Below, one piece after another: positions 54,330 through 64,000 of a stretch of DNA of 64,000 nucleotides (its first letter is position 1; each line of letters opens with the position of its first letter). A program made the translations under genes and the position numbers. The DNA is from Octopus sinensis. Its lineage: Eukaryota. The stretch is from contig NC_043004.1 of assembly GCF_006345805.1 (NCBI RefSeq), positions 67,766,001 through 67,830,000 of the forward strand, read 5' to 3'. Under the pieces are notes generated by a model, which was not told where the DNA came from, searched no databases, and saw only the letters and a list, made by a program, of their open reading frames with translations.

Positions 54330-54557
54330 GGAGTGACAGAGAGAGAGAGAGGAGAAAGGGAAAGACAAGAAAAGACGTCAACAAGAAACTATGGCATTAC
54401 AACCAGCCAGGAACAGTCTTCGCTACATTTGCGGTACCTGCCAGAGGGAGCGTTTGTCCAGGATAGGACTACACAGCCACAGTAGGAAATGTATCAGCAC
54501 ATGATACTTTATGCGCAACTCCATTGTCTCCCGAGACAAAGGATACCAACAACCAAC
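54330..54557 (+). mobile_element. RTE-clade LINE 3' end
   Basis: EEKGKDKKRRQQ..RYICGTCQRERLSRIGLHSHSRKC*, the C-x2-C..SRIGL.SH.R.C terminal motif; 3' UTR CCATTGTCTCCCGAGAC and CAACAAC tail. Confidence 0.85.
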
Positions 54558-54561
54558 ATAT

Positions 54562-54611
<50 letters not shown>

Positions 54612-54612
<1 letters not shown>

Positions 54613-54832
54613 CGGGATTGCCTGACTGGCCCCCCGTGCAGGTGGCACGTCAAAAAGCACCACTACACTCTCAGAGTGGTTGGCGTTAGGAAGGGCATCC
54701 AGCTGTAGAAACTCTACCAGATCAAGACTGGAGCCTGGTGCAGCCATCCGGTTGCCAGTTCTCAGTCAAAACCGTCCAACAAATGCTAGTATGGAAAACG
54801 GACGTTAAATGATGATGATGATGATGATGATG
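54612..54832 (+). mobile_element. 5'-truncated SINE, family F
   Basis: Central GTTGGCGTTAGGAAGGGCATCCAGCTGTAGAAAC (Meta-domain-like, from memory), tail GGACGTTAAA(TGA)n. Single copy in the window. Confidence 0.65.
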
Positions 54833-55529
54833 ACTATATATGTATGTATATATGTACTCGCTTCATTTCTCACCAAATCTGCCCTATATATTCTCCATGT
54901 TCTTCCTTTTAATATCAATAAAAGAGGAAAAAATTTCTTAACAAGAATTTCATTTCACTGCGAAATTAAACACCAATGTTTCTAAAATAAATTACTCCTG
55001 CATTTTGATCTCCTTCTCTCAAAACATTGTTATAACGAATGTTATCTCATATTCTGCAGTCATTTCCCGAACGACTCCAATTCTGTACAAACACAATGAA
55101 AATGTTTTCAGTATCTTGTTTAATGATATTATCGTTTGAAAATATTAAAAATTTTCAAGTTCTTCATTGTAATTGAAGAATTTTAGGCTATGGGTCATAA
55201 GTAGAAAATGAAATATATATAAATGTATAAAGAAGGAAAATAAAATTGAATGTTAAAAATGAAGCAAAGAAACGTAAGAAAACGGTAAAAAAAAGATATG
55301 CAACATCATTGTTCGCTATTCGAATCTATTTGAATTGGAATAGGTATCAAGGAAGATGCACATGGGTCCTGATTGACTATATGTAGTTATAGCAGTCTTT
55401 ACATGTCGGAGGGATCTAGCGTATATACATATATACACACAAGAATACGCGCGCGCACACACACACACACACACTCACACAAGAATACGCGCACAAACAC
55501 ATACGCAAGCATGGATATTTACATTATTG

Positions 55530-55547
55530 ATCAATGATGATGATGAT

Positions 55548-55578
<31 letters not shown>

Positions 55579-55657
55579 CGATGACGATGATGACGATGAC
55601 GATGATGATGACGATGATGATGATGACGATGGTGATGATGACGATGATGATGATGAC

Positions 55658-55709
<52 letters not shown>

Positions 55710-55735
55710 TTGATGGTGACGCTGATGATGATGAG
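55530..55735. repeat. (GAT)n/(GAC)n microsatellite
   Basis: Directly visible; gives the poly-H/M/I ORFs. Confidence 0.96.
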
Positions 55736-57778
55736 GAAGAGAAGGGGGAGGAAGAGAAAGAGGAGGAGGATCATAATGGAGACGATTATGATGTACACAG
55801 TGAGTACACATTGCCGATATGCACTGTCATCGTAGCACGAGTACTGCAGTAATTTATCAACGATCTTTTACGGGAAGCGTAACGTATAGTTGGCAATTGT
55901 AATTTCATTCTACCTTGATTGCACATACCGGATTTTTGTTGAAATGCGAGGCTATTCGCCACCTCAGTGAATATTGTATTCAATGATTCATATATCGGAG
56001 GCGTAGAATTCACCTTGAAGCAAGTATATTTCATTGAAGAGATGCAGCGGGCGAAATGCATCTGGCATGCCCTCACACTCTTGCTGGCTCCTTTTATCGT
56101 CTCACACCGATATTTATTGCATTTTTAACACTACACATCTGTGGAAGATGTGAGTATCAGGGCGAATACTAGACTAAACACCCAATCGACTGTCTATGCA
56201 TATTATCTATGATAAATGCACGACTACTTTAATTTAATATTGCTTCAACCTCTTATACCAGATGTTTATTCAGCCGGGTATCTATTTGCAACACCAGTGA
56301 ATGTATTATTCACCGTTCGTGTATTGGAAGCAACTCAATTGCATATCCCGCTCCCGTATGCCAAATTTCCTTCATTTGCGCCGTTGTAGTCTGTCTATAT
56401 CAACGAATACTGAGATAGATGAAGGTGAAATACACCGTGACACGATTACATAGATGGATATCAAAAGGAAAGAGAGAAGCATGAGAGAGTTACCATCTCT
56501 CTGTACTTCTCTCTGTACATATGCACATATAAATGTGCATATACGTATGTATGCATGTATGTACGTACGGACGTATGTATGTATCTATACATGTATGTAC
56601 GCATGTATGTGAGTGGGTGAGTGCGTATCTTCATGCGTGCTGATTATAAATGTGTGCGTTTCTATGTGTTTCATTGATTGATGTATGAAGTCGGTACGTA
56701 GAAGAACACTTCTGTCTGTATATGCATCTACGCCGATTCATTTCCTCGCTATCCTTTTTCTTACTTTTGATATCATCTATCGCAGTACCGCTCCCTCTAG
56801 CCATTCTTTCATGAGTTGTTTAGAGAATGAAATTCCTCGGTCTTAATTTTATTACACAGTGATCTACTACTCGCTCCTTGCATTCCATCTCCTACACTGT
56901 CTATCCACTTTCTCCTCCTCGCCTTTCTTCCTCTCTCACACAGAAACTCTCTGTCTGTATGTCCCTCCTTTTCTCTTTTGACAGCAATGATCTTAACTAT
57001 CTTACTAAGATCCGCTATTTTTCAAAGGGAAACTTTAAACAAGAATCGTGGCTCAATGCAACGATATATCGACATTAAATAGAATTTTCTGAAAAGAGGT
57101 TGACAACATTCCTGAAGGAAAAAGAAATTTAGAATTGCAAGGAGATAAAAATCAATACCGAAGAAATTCGAGACTTTAAATAAATAGGGAAACCAGAGTG
57201 ATTTTACCGATGCTTTTTGAAGATGGAACAACAAAATAAAAATACAAGGAAAAAGAATAGAAAAAGGAAAAGGGTAGGATGTGACGTGAGTGTTGGAAAA
57301 TAGAAAAGGGAATAAACCTGATAAAGAGAGATATGTCTGTTAAATTAAAGGAAATTATTCGGGGAAGAGAATGTTGGATCTTCAGTATTCTCTAATCACA
57401 TCAGACTCTATGTAGATTGCTTTCGCTCTCAATGGCCGTCACTATAGAGGTGTTTGTGTGTGTATTGTCAGGTTGCGTCTATAGCATGACTGTTACTGTG
57501 TGGTTGTGTGTGATTGCGTGTCTGAGTATATGAATGCTGCAGTGCATGTATGTATGTGTGGTTTTGTTTGTGCTAGTCTGATAAGATGTGCAGATACTCA
57601 GAGATATGCAGATATGGAGAACATTTAGATAACTATAAAGTTGAAAGCATACATTATACACACACATACATATGCGCATATTTATATATATATATATAAT
57701 CTAAATACGCATGTATATGTATATACTTGTATATATATCTTATATAAATATATATATCTTTATATAAATATATCTATA

Positions 57779-57809
<31 letters not shown>

Positions 57810-57968
57810 AAGAGACTGAGTGCGAGACGACACACAGATATATGACACACAGGCAGACAGAAAAGATAGTATGTGAGTATGTGAGAAAGAGACCGATTTA
57901 TACAATGACAGCTTACCACGAAGATATATAAGATGTTGTATCTGTACATGAACAGATTTATATATATA

Positions 57969-58016
<48 letters not shown>

Positions 58017-58039
58017 TATAATATAATATATATATATGA

Positions 58040-58560
58040 AGTGACGGGGATCCGTTAAAGGTTTCACTGGAGAAGTTTCGTTCAATGTGTTGGAAGAAAT
58101 AAGAAAGAAGTGTAGCACAGGAGGAACAAGGTTTAACATATTAGTTATTTACAAATAAAGCCTAATGCTTTAACTCGAAGAGAACGTTTCGTAACAGTAG
58201 TTCTTCCTCAGAAAAGAAGCCAGAGAACCTGAGCGGAAAAGCAAGATAGTGGCAGAGAAAATAACTGGAGAAAGTACATGACATCTAGAGGAAAGTGCTA
58301 TACTAAAGGTGGAAGATTTCTGAAGGCAGAGTGTTCCGCTGTGGAGAAGCAAATATATGTGTATATCCATATCTGAAAGTGGGTTTAATGTAGGGGCTAA
58401 TGTGTGTGTTTAAGTGAGGTGTGTGTTTATGTGTAAAACTGTGCAATTGCTAAAGATTACGAAGCTGAGTTTGTGTGTGTGCGTGTGAGACGTTGATTTT
58501 TTTCTCCAATCGAGAAATCGTTGTTTGGAATGGAGGAATGTAGGGTACTAGTGTGAGCGA
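58040..58560 (-). mobile_element. PLE 3' fragment (GIY-YIG tail and pseudo-LTR region)
   Basis: Minus strand gives HSSIPNNDFSI and LAPTLNPTF, resembling HF..P.H and LAP.GLN.F at PLE ORF ends; a hammerhead core follows downstream. Confidence 0.5.
58183..58211 (-). ncRNA. Hammerhead-like motif with intact catalytic core letters
   Basis: Minus strand reads CTGAGGA-AGAACTACTGTTAC-GAAAC-GTT. Helix II is imperfect and helix I is not formed as the sequence stands. Confidence 0.45.
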
Positions 58561-58929
58561 AAAAGATATGGTAAAGAACTGATTAAAGTGGCAGGAGCAG
58601 TGCCTCATCATAGATTACTTACAATTTTCTACCACATACATCCTCACAGTTAAGGTTAGTTGGTATATGTACGTATGTCATTATTCAATTTTATTTCAAG
58701 ATTTCTTGCCAATAGAGAAAGAGCCGGTTTCTAATCCAGATGTAAAGCTCCTTCATTGGAATTTCAACAAAATCAAGAGGGCATTTTTGTATGTAAATTT
58801 GTGAGTATGTATGTATATTAGTAGGTAGGTTAGGGAGGGAGGTATATGTGCAGATTTGAGAGTTTTGTTTCATGTATGCATTCTCATGCATAGAGCTACA
58901 TGTTAAGACATGCTCATACGTACGTAAAT

Positions 58930-59260
58930 GATAAACTTCTATAAAGGTGTACAGATTTTTTCGATTGTAAAATTACACCAGTGATCGCTTCTGCCTGTAG
59001 TCTTTGAATCAGCTTTCTCATTTCTGATTTTGAGAAGCTTAATTTCTCAAGATTGGTATTTAGGTAGTGTGTTACATATTCCGGTGCCCCAATGACTACA
59101 AGTATAAACCCGAACGTGTAATCTGGCTAGAGTAACTGTAGATTTGTCAATAGTTCAGCGTAGGTATCTTCTTTTTCGCTGGTCTTGAGCTTTATTTTAA
59201 CATTCGCCGGGCAGCTGATTTACACAACTGCACGCAGTTTCTCATCTCTATCACATACTA
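58930..59260 (-). mobile_element. Second R4/Dong-type restriction-like endonuclease fragment (different subfamily)
   Basis: CDRDEKLRAVV*ISCPANVKIKLKTSEKEDTYAELLTNLQLL*PDYTFGFILVVIGA..NLEKLSFSKSEMRKLIQRLQ. Confidence 0.8.
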
Positions 59261-59499
59261 TGTGTTCTAAACAACAGTGAAGTTGATGAAGAAAGTACAT
59301 ACCCGAGGGTGTGAACGCTGGTCATTTTGTTTTTGGGGTGTTTCTTAATTTTCGTGTATTTTTGTGGTTGAGAATGTATGTGTAAAAATTGGTCTTTTGA
59401 TGAAGACGTTGATGTTGATGTTGATTTGTTTTTAGATTTTTGTGACAGATTTTGTTTTTACCGTCAATTCTGAGGACTCAATTTGAGATGGTCTCTGAT

Positions 59500-59970
59500 T
59501 GGTTTATATTCAGTCGTTTTGTGATCTCTCACACAGGCCTTTTAGTGCAAAGTCAACAAGGACTTTCGTATTGCGACGCCTGAGATGGAGGAAGGAGGCA
59601 GATGCGAGGTAATAGTTTTTCCCCCACACTAAGGAGTTGGTAGTAACGGTGGAGAGTTTCCTACTCTCTCCAACGTGGGACAAAATGCTTTGAGGTGGTT
59701 GAAATACACCCACACAAACACTCCTGTTTTTTTTCCTTCTAGAGAAACTGATGTGTTCGCATTCCTCAAAAGAGAAAAAATGGGAAATGCGATTTATTTC
59801 CTTCTGGAGAGACTACTATCTGCAATTTCAATATTATTCCAGTCCTGTTGAGTTGTGGGGAGGATTTTACTTCCACAATCTCCCCATACTCCTCCAGAAT
59901 GACTAGAATGTTCTTGACTCGAATTCGTGTCAACCGTTTATCCATGTAATGGAGATGCATTGCAAAAGCC
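59500..59970 (-). mobile_element. Decayed L1/Tx1-type ORF1 fragment
   Basis: RIRVKNILVILEEYGEIVEV, then VSLEGKK and a frameshifted knuckle ending NHLKAFCP. Confidence 0.55.
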
Positions 59971-60011
59971 AGGAACGTGCAAGCTATACTCTTACTCTTT
60001 TTACTCTTTTT

Positions 60012-60331
60012 CTCGTTTCAGTCATGTGAAGTTGACCCCAGGACTTATTTTTTTAAGCCTAGTACTTATTTTATCTGTTCTTTTACCGAACCACTAAGTT
60101 ACGGGGACGTAAACACAGCAGCATCGGTTGTCAAGCGATGTTGGCGGATCAAACACACAAACATATACACATACATACATATATACGACGGCTTCTTTCA
60201 GTTTCCCTCTACCAAATTCACCCACAAGAATTTTGTCGGCCCGAGGCTATATCAGAAGACACTTGCGCGAGGTGCCACGCAGTGGGACTGAACCCGGAAC
60301 CATGCGGTTCTTAAGCAAGCCACTCCTACGC
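60012..60331 (-). mobile_element. SINE family B
   Basis: Well-preserved GGGACTGAACCCGGAACCATG head and GACGGCTTCTTTCAGTTTCC body. Confidence 0.88.
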
Positions 60332-60514
60332 ATATTCTTCTGGTTTCTTGCTCACTGATGCATATAGCAGCGTCCTTCCCCTGCCAGAGTAGAAATTTAA
60401 GTTCCCTCTCATTGCGAGAAACGCATTTTTATTTCTATGGCCTACCAATGTGTATAGTGAATTTCTCAGCCAAGACACCTGGCGAGAAATGGAAACAAAA
60501 TTCTAAGATGACAA

Positions 60515-60577
<63 letters not shown>

Positions 60578-60625
60578 CAGCAGCAGTTGGGTGTGGTGGT
60601 GGTGGTGGTGGTGGTGGTGGTGGTG
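60515..60625. repeat. (TAG)n/(CAG)n/(GGT)n microsatellite
   Basis: Directly visible. Confidence 0.95.
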
Positions 60626-60898
60626 ATAAAAAGAAGAAAAGGAGAAGCAGGTAGATGTGGGAATTTAAGATTCGCTTTTGTGTGATGTATGTAATACTTA
60701 AAACACAATATTTATTAATATTATTAAAAGATCAGATATCCTGTAAGAATTTAGATGTGAATAAGTACGAACTAAAAGGTGGTAAACAAAATAAAGGTAA
60801 CAGGAGATAGGACATAAAATTTACTTCTCAAATGATTTATGCGACATTGAATATACGAACGTAGGAAATACATACATATATATATGCATATATACAGG

Positions 60899-60985
<87 letters not shown>

Positions 60986-60997
60986 TATATATATATG

Positions 60998-61029
<32 letters not shown>

Positions 61030-61119
61030 ATCATTATTATTATTATTATTATTGTTATTATTATTATTATTTTTATTTCTATTATTATAATCAATTATTA
61101 TTATTAGTATTATTATTAA

Positions 61120-61160
<41 letters not shown>

Positions 61161-61565
61161 GCTGATCATTTATAGAAATTCATTTCAGCGACAATAGAAA
61201 ACGAATCGAGACGAGACATTGGTAGGAGAGGAAAAACGATATCTAAAGAGTTGGCAGAGAGAGAGAGAGAGAGAGAGAAATCACATTGTTGAAGGCGTAA
61301 GATGAAAAATAGATATATTTAAAAAAAAAAAAACAAGTAGTCTGTTAGCATTCTTTGTCTTATTTATTTTTTTTTAATCTATTTTTTTGTATTCTCTTGT
61401 TGATATCTCATTATGCAGGAATATATCTTTATGAAAATGGTATTACCTCCGATAAAAATGTGTTACTTTATTCTATATTATCTGTCTATTTTTTTTTATC
61501 TGATATCAAAACAGTGATAAATCAATGTTAGAAGTGAGAATATCATCTCATATCATATGTGTATG

Positions 61566-61643
<78 letters not shown>

Positions 61644-61651
61644 GTATATAT

Positions 61652-61695
<44 letters not shown>

Positions 61696-62142
61696 TATAT
61701 ACACATATATATAACTATATATTTATGTATAATGTATAGCCACATATATATATACACACACATATATATATACATGTGTGTGTGTGTATGAATATATATG
61801 CATATATATGTGTGTTTGTGTGTATGTGTATGTATATAGCCATCTACACAGGTTACATACGTCTCTGTGTCTTTTTATTTCTTATGCCTGCGTCTCTATT
61901 TACTTATCTTTGTTCCTTTTTATGCATGTTCGTAAAATTGTAGGTACGTTTACAAGACTTCGTCTATATCTATGAATATACACCTTGTAAAATATATTTC
62001 ATACGGAGATTATAGTATATTATACACGTTATTATGTCTCTACACTACATTTGTTTTACAAAAGAAAATTTACTTATTACCTCTCCTTTTCCTTGAGGTT
62101 AGCAATGAAACAGATAAATTTCTGGAAGATTTTCTTCTTTAC

Positions 62143-62151
62143 CTGAAATTT
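62143..62151 (-). CDS. Candidate 9 nt microexon AAATTTCAG
   Basis: Minus strand tcttttctttctttgcgtgcag|AAATTTCAG|gtaaag; frame-preserving; TGC motifs beside the acceptor. Confidence 0.3.
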
Positions 62152-62245
62152 CTGCACGCAAAGAAAGAAAAGATTTACACCGCCATATTAGGATTCAAAA
62201 AAAGGGGGACGCTAAGACATATCATCTATCACAGACTACAGAAGC

Positions 62246-62616
62246 TATTGTTTCAGTCATTTGACTGCGGCCATGCTGGGGTACCGCCCTGAATCAGTTT
62301 TAGTCGAGCGAATGGACTCCAGTACATTTTTTACAAGCCTGATCCCTGGTATTATTCTAACGATCCCTTTTGTAAACACACCAACACCGGTTTTCAAGAG
62401 GTGATGCGGAAGACAGAGACAGAAGGTCATACACATAGATATATAGAACCATAAGTATATTGTGTGCGTGTGTGTGTGTGGGTGTGTATACAGGATTAAC
62501 TTCTTTCAGTTACCGTCTACCAAAAACACTCACAAGGATTTGGTCGGCTCGAGGCTAAAGTAGAAGAAAATTGCCATATGACTGAGAAGCGACCGCCTTA
62601 CCACACAACCAAGCCG
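62246..62616 (-). mobile_element. SINE family B with long 3' extension
   Basis: TTGTTTCAGTCATTTGACTGCGGCCATGCTGG..TTCTTTCAGTTACCGTCTACCAA, collinear with 52715-53140. Confidence 0.85.
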
Positions 62617-63059
62617 GCACAAATAGCCATTCCTTACAATTGGTTAGAAAATAGAAGCAGATACTTTGTAATGCAGTGATAATTGATGCACTATTCATGA
62701 AAGCTTCAGGCGATACATTTTCTCATAACTTTGCCTTCATCAAGTATGAGGAACTGATAAAAAAAACACAGAAAAGTTATCATTTTAAACTCTTTATACG
62801 TTGGTAGATTCCACCCGAAACTCTTTGTAACGCTACCTCTGCACAATTTTTTCTGTATGTTACTTCAGATGTGCATACTCGCCACAAGCAAGAGTTTGCA
62901 CCTCGTCTTGAATTTGCAGTAAATCACTAAATCATCCATAACCTTTGTATTATCCTCTCAAATTACACCAAAATTCCAGACACTAACAATTAATATCGTA
63001 TTTATAAAAACTTATACCTACTTTTCTGACGAAAATAATGCCGTTCTGAACATCTTGGC

Positions 63060-63350
63060 TGCAACTGTATATATATATATATATATATATATGTGTATAT
63101 GTATGTGTGTGGTGTGTTATATGTGTGTATATATATGTATATATGTGGGGGTATATGTATGTATATATTGTATATATATATATGTATGTATATATATATG
63201 TATGTGTATATATGTATATATATATGTAGTGTGTATGTGTATATATGTATGTATATGTGTATGTGTGTGTACATGTATATATATGTGTGTGTGTATACTT
63301 ATATGTTTATATGTGAGTATGTAGAGATATAAGTATATGCATGTGTTTAC

Positions 63351-63393
<43 letters not shown>

Positions 63394-64000
63394 GGTATGT
63401 GTATCGTGTATATATGTAGTGTGTTGTATGTATATGTATGTATGTGTGTATATATGTATGTGTATATGTGTATATGTGTATATATATATATATAATATAT
63501 GTATGTATGTGTATGTGTATGTTGTGTAGGTGTGCATGCATGTGTATGTGTATATGTGTATATATATGTTGTGTATATATATGTATATATATATTATGTG
63601 TATATATGTAATATATATATATAATATATATGGGTATATATATGTATATATGAGTGCGCGTGTGTGTATGTATGCATATATGTATGTATGCATGTATATG
63701 TGTATGTATATATGTGTGTAAGTGTGTGCATATATGTATATGTAAGTATGTGCGCGTGTATGAGTATGTATGTATGCTTGCACACGTGTATATATATGTG
63801 TGTGTTGTATATATATGGATGCCGTGCGTGCGTGCACGTGTATGGGTACGCATGTGTATATGTGTATGTGCGTGTATGTGTATGTATGCTATATATGTAT
63901 GCATGTATATGTGTATGTATATATGTGTGTAAGTGTGTGCATATATGTATATGTAAGTATGTGTGCGTGTATGAGTATGTATGTATGCTTGCACACGTGT
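63060..64000. repeat. (TA)/(TG) microsatellite mosaic with a ~211 bp higher-order direct duplication
   Basis: AGTGTGTGCATATATGTATATGTAAGTATGTG..GCTTGCACACGTGT begins at both 63721 and 63932. Confidence 0.92.

Overview
AT-rich eukaryotic DNA, most likely from an octopus or other coleoid cephalopod. That assignment is inferred from the SINE repertoire and the very high microsatellite density, not proven. No complete host gene can be called, and nearly all long entries in the ORF track are microsatellite or TE artefacts. Supported content: (1) many microsatellites; (2) at least six tRNA-headed or related SINE families, several with target-site duplications; (3) two mariner-type DNA transposons, one decayed but full length (DD34D) and one fold-back derivative with two 5' ends; (4) a Ty3/gypsy integrase plus a ~770 bp LTR; (5) a near-complete decayed Penelope-like element (PLE: RT plus GIY-YIG) and three more PLE 3' fragments; (6) decayed LINE pieces: L1/Tx1-type RT and ORF1, an RTE 3' end, and two R4/Dong-type restriction-like endonuclease domains. 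Most notable: a ~2.1 kb nested inverted-repeat structure (28983-31062) whose central loop holds a degenerate hammerhead-ribozyme-like motif; three further hammerhead-like motifs; an apparently ORF1-only, poly(A)-tailed L1/Tx1-like element; a diverged 330 bp in-frame duplication; and candidate host exons, including a 9 nt minus-strand microexon. All alignments and translations were done by eye, so TE boundaries are approximate.
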